Shown: piece by piece, positions 14,701 through 27,540 of the stretch
Numbering within the stretch: position 1 is the first letter of the stretch
Layout: the number at the start of each line of letters is the position of its first letter
From: Nemertoderma westbladi
Lineage: Eukaryota; Animalia; Xenacoelomorpha
Reading direction: 5' to 3'
Length of the DNA stretch: 36,649 bases
Assembly (NCBI GenBank): GCA_032718475.1
Contig: JAUCBJ010004034.1
Location: 1 to 36,649, forward strand
Translations under genes and position numbers: made by a program
Notes under the pieces: model-generated
Seen by the model: the letters and a program-made list of their open reading frames with translations, nothing else
Told to the model about the DNA's origin: nothing
Databases searched by the model: none

Positions 14701-15270
14701 AGGGCCACTCTCTACCTCAGGGCTCTCTGTTCTAGGGCCACTCTCTAAACCAGGGCTCTCTGTTCTAGGGCCACTCTCTACCTCAGGGCTCTCTGTTCAA
14801 GGGCCGCTCTCTACCTCAGGGGTTCTAGGGCCACTCTCTACCTCAGGGCTCTCTGTTCTAGGGCCGCTCTCTACCTCAGGGCTCTCTGTTCTAGGGCCGC
14901 TCTCTACCCCAGGGCTCTCTGTTCTAGGGCCGCTCTCTACCTCAGGGCTCTCTGTTCTAGGGCCACTCTCTACCTCAGGGCTCTCTGTTCTAGGGCCGCT
15001 CTCTACCTCAGGGCTCTCTGTTCTAGGACCACTCTCTACCTCAGGACTCTCTGTTCTAGGGCCACTCTCTACCTCAGGGCTCTCTGTTCTAGGGCCGCTC
15101 TCTACCTCAGGGGTCTCTGTTCTAGGGCCGCTCTCTACCTCAGGGGTTCTAGGGCCACTCTCTACCTCAGGGGTTCTAGGGCCACTCTCTACCTCAGGGC
15201 TCTCTGTTCTAGGGCCGCTCTCTACCCCAGGGCTCTCTGTTCTAGGGCCGCTCTCTACCTCAGGGCTCTC
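2800..15270. repeat. ~6.3-kb higher-order tandem duplication inside the 33-bp satellite (boundaries approximate)
   Basis: Rare variant ACTCCCT at 4098/5554 recurs at 10402/11858 (both offset 6304). GGGGTTATAGGG variant at ~8531 and ~14699. CTCTTCTCTAGG variant at 7061 and 13167. Confidence 0.85.
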
Positions 15271-18200
15271 TGTTCTAGGGCCGCTCTCTACCTCAGGGGT
15301 TCTAGGGCCACTCTCTACCTCAGGGGTTCTAGGGCCACTCTCTACCTCAGGGCTCTCTGTTCTAGGGCCGCTCTCTACCCCAGGGCTCTCTGTTCTAGGG
15401 CCGCTCTCTACCTCAGGGCTCTCTGTTCTAGGGCCGCTCTCTACCTCAGGGGTTCTAGGGCCACTCTCTACCTCAGGGGTTCTAGGGCCACTCTCTACCT
15501 CAGGGCTCTCTGTTCTAGGGCCACTCTCTACCTCAGGGCTCTCTGTTCTAGGGCCGCTCTCTACCTCAGGGCTCTCTGTTCTACGGCCGCTCTCTACCCC
15601 AGGGCTCTCTGTTCTAGGGCCGCTCTCTACCTCAGGGCTCTCTGTTCTAGGGCCACTCTCTACCTCAGGGCTATCTATGTTCTATGGCCACTCTCTACCT
15701 CAGGGCTGTTCTAGGGCCACTCTCTACCTCAGGGCTCTCTGTTCTAGGACCACTCTCTACCTCAGGGCTCTCTGTTCTAGGGCCGCTCTCTACCTCAGGG
15801 GTTCTAGGGCCACTCTCTACCTCAGGGGTTCTAGGGCCACTCTCTACCTCAGGGCTCTCTGTTCTAGGGCCACTCTCTACCTCAGGGCTCTCTGTTCTAG
15901 GGCCGCTCTCTACCTCAGGGGTTCTAGGGCCGCTCTCTACCTCAGGGCTCTCTGTTCTAGGGCCGCTCTCTACCCAAGGGCTCTATGTTCTAGGGCCGCT
16001 CTCTACCTCAGGGCTCTCTGTTCTAGGGCCACTCTCTACCTCAGGGCTCTCTGTTCTAGGGCCGCTCTCTACCTCAGGGGTTCTAGGGCCACTCTCTACC
16101 TCAGGGCTCTCTGTTCTAGGGCCGCTCTCTACCTCAGGGGTTCTAGGGCCACTCTCTACCTCAGGGGTTCTAGGGCCACTCTCTACCTCAGGGCTCTCTG
16201 TTCTAGGGCCACTCTCTACCTCAGGGCTCTCTGTTCTAGGGCCGCTCTCTACCTCAGGGCTCTCTGTTCTAGAGCCGCTCTCTACCTCAGGGGTTCTAGG
16301 GCCACTCTCTACCTCATGGGTTCTAGGGCCGCTCTCTACCTCAGGGCTCTCTGTTCTAGGGCCACTCTCTACCTCAGGGCTCTTTGTTCTAGGGCCACTC
16401 TCTACCTCAGGGCTCTCTGTTCTAGGGCCACTCTCTACCTCAGGGCTATCTCTGTTCTAGGGCCACTCTCTACCTCAGGGCTCTCTGTTCTAGGGCCGCT
16501 CTCTACCTCAGGGCTCTCTGTTCTAGGGCCACTCTCTACCTCAGGGGTTCTAGGGCCACTCTCTACCTCAGGGCTCTCTGTTCTAGGGCCGCTCTCTACC
16601 TCAGGGCTCTCTGTTCTAGGGCCGCTCTCTACCTCAGGGCTCTCTGTTCTAGGGCCGCTCTCTACCTCAGGGCTCTCTGTTCTAGGGCCACTCTCTACCT
16701 CAGGGGTTCTAGGGCCACTCTCTACCTCAGGGCTCTCTGTTCTAGGGCCGCTCTCTACCTCAGGGCTCTCTGTTCTAGGGCCGCTCTCTACCTCAGGGCT
16801 CTCTGTTCTAGGGCCGCTCTCTACCTCAGGTGTTCTAGGGCCGCTCTCTACCTCAGGGCTCTCTGTTCTAGAGCCGCTCTCTACCTCAGGGGTTCTAGGG
16901 CCACTCTCTACCTCAGGGGTTCTAGGGCCACTCTCTACCTCAGGGCTCTCTGTTCTAGGGCCACTCTCTACCTCAGGGCTATCTATGTTCTAGGGCCGCT
17001 CTCTACCACAGGGCTCTCTGTTCTAGGGCCGCTCTCTACCTCGTTCTAGGGCCGCTCTCTACCTCAGGGCTCTCTGTTCTAGGGCCGCTCTCTACCTCAG
17101 GGATTCTAGGGCCGCTCTCTACCTCAGGGCTCTCTGTTCTAGAGCCGCTCTCTACCTCAGGGGTTCTAGGGCCACTCTCTACCTCAGGGGTTCTAGGGCC
17201 ACTCTCTACCTCAGGGCTCTCTGTTCTAGGGCCACTCTCTACCTCAGGACTCTCTGTTCTAGGGCCGCTCTCTACCTCAGGGCTCTCTGTTCTAGGGCCA
17301 CTCTCTACCTCAGGGCTCTCTGTTCTAGGGCCGCTCTCTACCTCAGGGCTTTCTGTTCTAGGGCCACTCTCTACCTCAGGGCTCTCTGTTCTAGGGCCGC
17401 TCTCTACCTCAGGGCTCTCTGTTCTAGGGCCACTCTCTACCTCAGGGCTCTCTGTTCTAGGGCCACTCTCTAAACCAGGGCTCTCTGTTCTAGGGCCACT
17501 CTCTACCTCAGGGCTCTATGTTCTAGGGCCACCCTCTACCTCAGGGTTATCTGTTCTAGGGCCGCTCTCTACCTCAGGGCTCTCTGTTCTAGGGCCACTC
17601 TCTACCTCAGGGCTATCTATGTTCTAGGGCCACTCTCTACCTCAGGGCTCTCTGTTCTAGGGCCACTCTCTAAACCAGGGCTCTCTGTTCTAGGGCCACT
17701 CTCTACCTCAGGGCTCTATGTTCTAGGGCCACCCTCTACCTCAGGGTTATCTGTTCTAGGGCCGCTCTCTACCTCAGGGCTCTCTGTTCTAGGGCCACTC
17801 TCTACCTCAGGGCTCTCTGTTCTAGGGCCACTCTCTACCTCAGGGCTCTCTGTTCTAGGGCCACTCTCTAAACCAGGGCTCTCTGTTCTAGGGCCACTCT
17901 CTACCTCAGGGCTCTATGTTCTAGGGCCACCCTCTACCTCAGGGTTATCTGTTCTAGGGCCGCTCTCTACCTCAGGGCTCTCTGTTCTAGGGCCACTCTC
18001 TACCTCAGGGCTCTCTGTTCTAGGGCCACTCTCTAAACCAGGGCTCTCTGTTCTAGGGCCACTCTCTACCTCAGGGCTCTATGTTCTAGGGCCACCCTCT
18101 ACCTCAGGGTTATCTGTTCTAGGGCCGCTCTCTACCTCAGGGCTCTCTGTTCTAGGGCCACTCTCTAAACCAGGGCTCTCTGTTCTAGGGCCACTCTCTA

Positions 18201-21200
18201 CCTCAGGGCTCTCTGTTCTAGGGCCACTCTCTACCTCAGGGCTCTCTGTTCTAGGGCCACTCTCTAAACCAGGGCTCTCTGTTCTAGGGCCACTCTCTAC
18301 CTCAGGGCTCTATGTTCTAGGGCCACCCTCTACCTCAGGGTTATCTGTTCTAGGGCCGCTCTCTACCTCAGGGCTCTCTGTTCTAGGGCCACTCTCTACC
18401 TCAGGGCTCTCTGTTCTAGAGCCGCTCTCTACCTCAGGGGTTCTAGGGCCACTCTCTACCTCAGGGGTTCTAGGGCCACTCTCTACCTCAGGGCTCTCTG
18501 TTCTAGGGCCGCTCTCTACCTCAGGGTTCTCTGTTCTAGGGCCACTCTCTACCTCAGGGCTCTCTGTCCTAGGGCCACTCTCTACCTCAGGGCTCTCTGT
18601 TCTAGGGCCGCTCTCTACCTCAGGGCTCTCTGTTCTATGGCCACTCTCTACCTCAGGGCTCTCTCTGTTCTAGGGCCACTCTCTACCTCAGGGCTATCTA
18701 TGTTCTAGGGCCGCTCTCTACCTCAGGGCTATCTATGTTCTAGGACCACTCTCTACCCCAGGGCTCTCTGTTCTATGGCCACTCTCTACCTCAGGGCTCT
18801 CTGTTCTAGGGCCACTCTCTACCTCAGGGCTCTCTGTTCTAGGGCCGCTCTCTACCTCAGGGCTCTCTGTTCTAGGGCCACTCTCTACCTCAGGGCTCTC
18901 TGTTCTAGGGCCGCTCTCTACCTCAGGGCTATCTCTGTTCTAGGGCCACTCTCTACCTCAGGGCTCTCTGTTCTAGGGCCACTCTCTACCTCAGGGCTCT
19001 CTGTTCTAGGGCCGCTCTCTACCTCAGGGCTATCTCTGTTCTAGGGCCACTCTCTACCTCAGGGCTATCTCTGTTCTAGGGCTGCTCTCTACCTCGTTCT
19101 AGGGCCACTCTCTACCTCAGGGCTCTCTGTTCTAGGGCCGCTCTCTACCTCAGGGGTTCTAGGGCCACTCTCTACCTCAGGGCTCTCTGTTCTAGGGCCA
19201 CTCTCTACCTCAGGGCTATCTATGTTCTAGGGCCAATCTGTACCCCAGGGCTCTCTGTTCTAGGGCCAATCTGTACCCCAGGGCTCTCTGTTCTAGGGCC
19301 ACTCTCTACCTCAGGGCTCTCTGTTCTAGAGCCGCTCTCTACCTCAGGGGTTCTAGGGCCACTCTCTACCTCAGGGGTTCTAGGGCCACTCTCTACCTCA
19401 GGGCTCTCTGTTCTAGGGCCGCTCTCTACCTCAGGGTTCTCTGTTCTAGGGCCACTCTCTACCTCAGGGCTCTCTGTCCTAGGGCCACTCTCTACCTCAG
19501 GGCTCTCTGTTCTAGGGCCGCTCTCTACCTCAGGGCTCTCTGTTCTATGGCCACTCTCTACCTCAGGGCTCTCTCTGTTCTAGGGCCACTCTCTACCTCA
19601 GGGCTATCTATGTTCTAGGGCCGCTCTCTACCTCAGGGCTATCTATGTTCTAGGACCACTCTCTAAACCAGGGCTCTCTGTTCTAGGGCCACTCTCTACC
19701 TCAGGGCTCTCTGTTCTAGGGCCACTCTCTACCTCAGGGCTCTCTGTTCTAGGGCCACTCTCTAAACCAGGGCTCTCTGTTCTAGGGCCACTCTCTACCT
19801 CAGGGCTCTCTGTTCTAGGGCCACTCTCTACCTCAGGGCTCTCTGTTCTAGGGCCACTCTCTAAACCAGGGCTCTCTGTTCTAGGGCCACTCCCTACCTC
19901 AGGGCTCTATGTTCTAGGGCCACTCTCTACCTCAGGGCTCTCTGTTCTAGGGCCACTCCCTACCTCAGGGCTCTATGTTCTAGGGCCACTCTCTACCTCA
20001 GGGCTCTCTGTTCTAGGGCCACTCTCTACCTCAGGGCTCTCTGTTCTAGGGCCACTCTCTAAACCAGGGCTCTCTGTTCTAGGGCCACTCTCTACCTCAG
20101 GGCTCTCTGTTCTAGGGCCGCTCTCTACCTCAGGGGTTCTAGGGCCACTCTCTACCTCAGGGGTTCTAGGGCCGCTCTCTACCTCAGGGCTCTCTGTTCT
20201 AGGGCCACTCTCTACCTCAGGGCTCTCTGTTCTAGGGCCGCTCTCTACCTCAGGGGTTCTAGGGCCACTCTCTACCTCAGGGGTTCTAGGGCCGCTCTCT
20301 ACCCCAGGGCTCTCTGTTCTAGGGCCACTCTCTACCTCAGGGCTCTCTGTTCTAGGGCCACTCCCTACCTCAGGGCTCTATGTTCTAGGGCCACTCTCTA
20401 CCCCAGGGCTCTCTGTTCTAGGGCCGCTCTCTACCTCAGGGCTCTCTATGTTCTAGGGCCACTCTCTACCTCAGGGCTATCTATGTTCTTGGGCCACTCT
20501 CTACCTCAGGGCTCTCTGTTCTAGGGCCACTCTCTACCTCAGGGCTCTCTGTTCTAGGGCCACTCTCTACCTCAGGGGTTATAGGGCCACTCTCTACCTC
20601 AGGGCTCTCTGTTCTAGGGCCACTCTCTAAACCAGGGCTCTCTGTTCTAGGGCCACTCTCTACCTCAGGGCTCTCTGTTCTAGGGCCGCTCTCTACCTCA
20701 GGGGTTCTAGGGCCACTCTCTACCTCAGGGCTCTCTGTTCTAGGGCCGCTCTCTACCTCAGGGCTCTCTGTTCTAGGGCCGCTCTCTACCCCAGGGCTCT
20801 CTGTTCTAGGGCCGCTCTCTACCTCAGGGCTCTCTGTTCTAGGGCCACTCTCTACCTCAGGGCTCTCTGTTCTAGGGCCGCTCTCTACCTCAGGGCTCTC
20901 TGTTCTAGGACCACTCTCTACCTCAGGACTCTCTGTTCTAGGGCCACTCTCTACCTCAGGGCTCTCTGTTCTAGGGCCGCTCTCTACCTCAGGGGTCTCT
21001 GTTCTAGGGCCGCTCTCTACCTCAGGGGTTCTAGGGCCACTCTCTACCTCAGGGGTTCTAGGGCCACTCTCTACCTCAGGGCTCTCTGTTCTAGGGCCGC
21101 TCTCTACCCCAGGGCTCTCTGTTCTAGGGCCGCTCTCTACCTCAGGGCTCTCTGTTCTAGGGCCGCTCTCTACCTCAGGGCCGTTCTAGGGCCACTCTCT

Positions 21201-24200
21201 ACCTCAGGGGTTCTAGGGCCACTCTCTACCTCAGGGCTCTCTGTTCTAGGGCCACTCTCTACCTCAGGGCTCTCTGTTCTAGGGCCGCTCTCTACCTCAG
21301 GGCTCTCTGTTCTACGGCCGCTCTCTACCCCAGGGCTCTCTGTTCTAGGGCCGCTCTCTACCTCAGGGCTCTCTGTTCTAGGGCCACTCTCTACCTCAGG
21401 GCTATCTATGTTCTATGGCCACTCTCTACCTCAGGGCTGTTCTAGGGCCACTCTCTACCTCAGGGCTCTCTGTTCTAGGACCACTCTCTACCTCAGGGCT
21501 CTCTGTTCTAGGGCCGCTCTCTACCTCAGGGGTTCTAGGGCCACTCTCTACCTCAGGGGTTCTAGGGCCACTCTCTACCTCAGGGCTCTCTGTTCTAGGG
21601 CCACTCTCTACCTCAGGGCTCTCTGTTCTAGGGCCGCTCTCTACCTCAGGGGTTCTAGGGCCGCTCTCTACCTCAGGGCTCTCTGTTCTAGGGCCGCTCT
21701 CTACCCAAGGGCTCTATGTTCTAGGGCCGCTCTCTACCTCAGGGCTCTCTGTTCTAGGGCCACTCTCTACCTCAGGGCTCTCTGTTCTAGGGCCGCTCTC
21801 TACCTCAGGGGTTCTAGGGCCACTCTCTACCTCAGGGCTCTCTGTTCTAGGGCCGCTCTCTACCTCAGGGGTTCTAGGGCCACTCTCTACCTCAGGGGTT
21901 CTAGGGCCACTCTCTACCTCAGGGCTCTCTGTTCTAGGGCCACTCTCTACCTCAGGGCTCTCTGTTCTAGGGCCGCTCTCTACCTCAGGGCTCTCTGTTC
22001 TAGAGCCGCTCTCTACCTCAGGGGTTCTAGGGCCACTCTCTACCTCATGGGTTCTAGGGCCGCTCTCTACCTCAGGGCTCTCTGTTCTAGGGCCACTCTC
22101 TACCTCAGGGCTCTTTGTTCTAGGGCCACTCTCTACCTCAGGGCTCTCTGTTCTAGGGCCACTCTCTACCTCAGGGCTATCTCTGTTCTAGGGCCACTCT
22201 CTACCTCAGGGCTCTCTGTTCTAGGGCCGCTCTCTACCTCAGGGCTCTCTGTTCTAGGGCCACTCTCTACCTCAGGGGTTCTAGGGCCACTCTCTACCTC
22301 AGGGCTCTCTGTTCTAGGGCCGCTCTCTACCTCAGGGCTCTCTGTTCTAGGGCCGCTCTCTACCTCAGGGCTCTCTGTTCTAGGGCCGCTCTCTACCTCA
22401 GGGCTCTCTGTTCTAGGGCCACTCTCTACCTCAGGGGTTCTAGGGCCACTCTCTACCTCAGGGCTCTCTGTTCTAGGGCCGCTCTCTACCTCAGGGCTCT
22501 CTGTTCTAGGGCCGCTCTCTACCTCAGGGCTCTCTGTTCTAGGGCCGCTCTCTACCTCAGGCCCTGTTCTAGGGCCGCTCTCTACCTCAGGGCTCTCTGT
22601 TCTAGAGCCGCTCTCTACCTCAGGGGTTCTAGGGCCACTCTCTACCTCAGGGGTTCTAGGGCCACTCTCTACCTCAGGGCTCTCTGTTCTAGGGCCACTC
22701 TCTACCTCAGGGCTATCTATGTTCTAGGGCCGCTCTCTACCACAGGGCTCTCTGTTCTAGGGCCGCTCTCTACCTCGTTCTAGGGCCGCTCTCTACCTCA
22801 GGGCTCTCTGTTCTAGGGCCGCTCTCTACCTCAGGGATTCTAGGGCCGCTCTCTACCTCAGGGCTCTCTGTTCTAGAGCCGCTCTCTACCTCAGGGGTTC
22901 TAGGGCCACTCTCTACCTCAGGGGTTCTAGGGCCACTCTCTACCTCAGGGCTCTCTGTTCTAGGGCCACTCTCTACCTCAGGACTCTCTGTTCTAGGGCC
23001 GCTCTCTACCTCAGGGCTCTCTGTTCTAGGGCCACTCTCTACCTCAGGGCTCTCTGTTCTAGGGCCGCTCTCTACCTCAGGGCTTTCTGTTCTAGGGCCA
23101 CTCTCTACCTCAGGGCTCTCTGTTCTAGGGCCGCTCTCTACCTCAGGGCTCTCTGTTCTAGGGCCACTCTCTACCTCAGGGCTCTCTGTTCTAGGGCCAC
23201 TCTCTAAACCAGGGCTCTCTGTTCTAGGGCCACTCTCTACCTCAGGGCTCTATGTTCTAGGGCCACTCTCTACCTCAGGGCTCTCTGTTCTAGGGCTTCT
23301 AGGGCCGCTCTCTACCTCAGGGCTCTCTGTTCTAGGGCCGCTCTCTACCTCAGGGCTCTCTGTTCTAGGGCCACTCTCTACCTCAGGGCTCTCTGTTCTA
23401 GGGCCGCTCTCTACCTCAGGGCTCTCTGTTCTAGGGCCACTCTCTACCTCAGGGCTCTCTGTTCTAGGGCCACTCTCTACCTCAGGGCTCTCTGTTCTAG
23501 GGCCGCTCTCTACCTCAGGGCTCTCTGTTCTAGGGCCACTCTCTACCTCAGGGCTCTCTGTTCTAGGGCCACTCTCTACCTCAGGGCTCTCTGTTCTAGG
23601 GCCACTCTCTACCTCAGGGCTATCTGTTCTAGGGCCACTCTCTACCTCAGGGCTGTTCTAGGGCCACTCTCTACCTCAGGGCTCTCTGTTCTAGGGCCAC
23701 TCTCTACCTCAGGGCTCTCTGTTCTAGGGCCACTCTCTACCTCAGGGCTCTCTGTTCTAGGGCCACTCTCTACCTCAGGGCTCTCTGTTCTAGGGCCACT
23801 CTCTACCTCAGGGCTCTCTGTTCTAGGGCCGCTCTCTACCTCAGGGCTCTCTGTTCTAGGGCCGCTCTCTACCTCAGGGCTCTCTGTTCTAGGGCCACTC
23901 TCTACCCAAGGGCTCTCTGTTCTAGGGCCACTCTCTACCTCAGGGCTCTCTGTTCTAGGGCCACTCTCTACCTCAGGGCTCTCTGTTCTAGGGCCACTCT
24001 CTACCTCAGGGCTCTCTGTTCTAGGGCCACTCTCTACCTCAGGGCTCTCTGTTCTAGGGCCACTCTCTACCTCAGGGCTTCTCTGTTCTAGGGCCACTCT
24101 CTACCTCAGGGCTCTCTGTTCTAGGGCCACTCTCTACCTCAGGGCTCTCTGTTCTAGGGCCGCTCTCTACCTCAGGGCTCTCTGTTCTAGGGCCACTCTC

Positions 24201-27200
24201 TACCTCAGGGCTCTCATGTTCTAGGGCCACTCTCTACCTCAGGGCTCTCTGTTCTAGGGCCACTCTCTACCTCAGGGCTCTTTGTTCTAGGGCCACTCTC
24301 TACCTCAGGGCTCTCTGTTCTAGGGCCACTCTCTACCTCAGGGCTCTCTGTTCTAGGGCCACTCTCTACCTCAGGGCTCTCTGTTCTAGGGCCACTCTCT
24401 ACCTCAGGGCTCTCTGTTCTAGGGCCACTCTCTACCTCAGGGCTCTATGTTCTAGGGCCACTCTCTACCTCAGGGCTCTCTGTTCTAGGGCCACTCTCTA
24501 CCTCAGGGCTCTCTGTTCTAGGGCCACTCTCTACCTCAGGGCTCTCTGTTCTAGGGCCACTCTCTACCTCAGGGCTCTCTGTTCTAGGGCCACTCTCTAC
24601 CTCAGGGCTCTCTGTTCTAGGGCCACTCTCTACCTCAGGGCTCTCTGTTCTAGGGCCGCTCTCTACCTCAGGGCTCTCTGTTCTAGGGCCGCTCTCTACC
24701 TCAGGTGTTCTAGGGCCGCTCTCTACCTCAGGGCTCTCTGTTCTAGAGCCGCTCTCTACCTCAGGGGTTCTAGGGCCACTCTCTACCTCAGGGGTTCTAG
24801 GGCCACTCTCTACCTCAGGGCTCTCTGTTCTAGGGCCACTCTCTACCTCAGGGCTATCTATGTTCTAGGGCCGCTCTCTACCACAGGGCTCTCTGTTCTA
24901 GGGCCGCTCTCTACCTCGTTCTAGGGCCGCTCTCTACCTCAGGGCTCTCTGTTCTAGGGCCGCTCTCTACCTCAGGGATTCTAGGGCCGCTCTCTACCTC
25001 AGGGCTCTCTGTTCTAGAGCCGCTCTCTACCTCAGGGGTTCTAGGGCCACTCTCTACCTCAGGGGTTCTAGGGCCACTCTCTACCTCAGGGCTCTCTGTT
25101 CTAGGGCCACTCTCTACCTCAGGACTCTCTGTTCTAGGGCCGCTCTCTACCTCAGGGCTCTCTGTTCTAGGGCCACTCTCTACCTCAGGGCTCTCTGTTC
25201 TAGGGCCGCTCTCTACCTCAGGGCTTTCTGTTCTAGGGCCACTCTCTACCTCAGGGCTCTCTGTTCTAGGGCCGCTCTCTACCTCAGGGCTCTCTGTTCT
25301 AGGGCCACTCTCTACCTCAGGGCTCTCTGTTCTAGGGCCACTCTCTAAACCAGGGCTCTCTGTTCTAGGGCCACTCTCTACCTCAGGGCTCTATGTTCTA
25401 GGGCCACCCTCTACCTCAGGGTTATCTGTTCTAGGGCCGCTCTCTACCTCAGGGCTCTCTGTTCTAGGGCCACTCTCTACCTCAGGGCTATCTATGTTCT
25501 AGGGCCACTCTCTACCTCAGGGCTCTCTGTTCTAGGGCCACTCTCTAAACCAGGGCTCTCTGTTCTAGGGCCACTCTCTACCTCAGGGCTCTATGTTCTA
25601 GGGCCACCCTCTACCTCAGGGTTATCTGTTCTAGGGCCGCTCTCTACCTCAGGGCTCTCTGTTCTAGGGCCACTCTCTACCTCAGGGCTCTCTGTTCTAG
25701 GGCCACTCTCTACCTCAGGGCTCTCTGTTCTAGGGCCACTCTCTAAACCAGGGCTCTCTGTTCTAGGGCCACTCTCTACCTCAGGGCTCTATGTTCTAGG
25801 GCCACCCTCTACCTCAGGGTTATCTGTTCTAGGGCCGCTCTCTACCTCAGGGCTCTCTGTTCTAGGGCCACTCTCTACCTCAGGGCTCTCTGTTCTAGGG
25901 CCACTCTCTAAACCAGGGCTCTCTGTTCTAGGGCCACTCTCTACCTCAGGGCTCTATGTTCTAGGGCCACCCTCTACCTCAGGGTTATCTGTTCTAGGGC
26001 CGCTCTCTACCTCAGGGCTCTCTGTTCTAGGGCCACTCTCTAAACCAGGGCTCTCTGTTCTAGGGCCACTCTCTACCTCAGGGCTCTCTGTTCTAGGGCC
26101 ACTCTCTACCTCAGGGCTCTCTGTTCTAGGGCCACTCTCTAAACCAGGGCTCTCTGTTCTAGGGCCACTCTCTACCTCAGGGCTCTATGTTCTAGGGCCA
26201 CCCTCTACCTCAGGGTTATCTGTTCTAGGGCCGCTCTCTACCTCAGGGCTCTCTGTTCTAGGGCCACTCTCTACCTCAGGGCTCTCTGTTCTAGAGCCGC
26301 TCTCTACCTCAGGGGTTCTAGGGCCACTCTCTACCTCAGGGGTTCTAGGGCCACTCTCTACCTCAGGGCTCTCTGTTCTAGGGCCGCTCTCTACCTCAGG
26401 GTTCTCTGTTCTAGGGCCACTCTCTACCTCAGGGCTCTCTGTCCTAGGGCCACTCTCTACCTCAGGGCTCTCTGTTCTAGGGCCGCTCTCTACCTCAGGG
26501 CTCTCTGTTCTATGGCCACTCTCTACCTCAGGGCTCTCTCTGTTCTAGGGCCACTCTCTACCTCAGGGCTATCTATGTTCTAGGGCCGCTCTCTACCTCA
26601 GGGCTATCTATGTTCTAGGACCACTCTCTACCCCAGGGCTCTCTGTTCTATGGCCACTCTCTACCTCAGGGCTCTCTGTTCTAGGGCCACTCTCTACCTC
26701 AGGGCTCTCTGTTCTAGGGCCGCTCTCTACCTCAGGGCTCTCTGTTCTAGGGCCACTCTCTACCTCAGGGCTCTCTGTTCTAGGGCCGCTCTCTACCTCA
26801 GGGCTATCTCTGTTCTAGGGCCACTCTCTACCTCAGGGCTCTCTGTTCTAGGGCCACTCTCTACCTCAGGGCTCTCTGTTCTAGGGCCGCTCTCTACCTC
26901 AGGGCTATCTCTGTTCTAGGGCCACTCTCTACCTCAGGGCTATCTCTGTTCTAGGGCTGCTCTCTACCTCGTTCTAGGGCCACTCTCTACCTCAGGGCTC
27001 TCTGTTCTAGGGCCGCTCTCTACCTCAGGGGTTCTAGGGCCACTCTCTACCTCAGGGCTCTCTGTTCTAGGGCCACTCTCTACCTCAGGGCTATCTATGT
27101 TCTAGGGCCAATCTGTACCCCAGGGCTCTCTGTTCTAGGGCCAATCTGTACCCCAGGGCTCTCTGTTCTAGGGCCACTCTCTACCTCAGGGCTCTCTGTT

Positions 27201-27540
27201 CTAGAGCCGCTCTCTACCTCAGGGGTTCTAGGGCCACTCTCTACCTCAGGGGTTCTAGGGCCACTCTCTACCTCAGGGCTCTCTGTTCTAGGGCCGCTCT
27301 CTACCTCAGGGTTCTCTGTTCTAGGGCCACTCTCTACCTCAGGGCTCTCTGTCCTAGGGCCACTCTCTACCTCAGGGCTCTCTGTTCTAGGGCCGCTCTC
27401 TACCTCAGGGCTCTCTGTTCTATGGCCACTCTCTACCTCAGGGCTCTCTCTGTTCTAGGGCCACTCTCTACCTCAGGGCTATCTATGTTCTAGGGCCGCT
27501 CTCTACCTCAGGGCTATCTATGTTCTAGGACCACTCTCTA
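13700..27540. repeat. Overlapping ~5.7-kb and ~7.9-kb segmental copies inside the 33-bp satellite (boundaries approximate)
   Basis: ORF-track translations 15677/21408 are near-identical (offset 5731) and 18775/26650 identical (offset 7875). CTCTACCACA variant at 17001, 22735, 24876. GTCCTAGGG variant at 18566, 19476, 26441, 27351. Confidence 0.85.
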
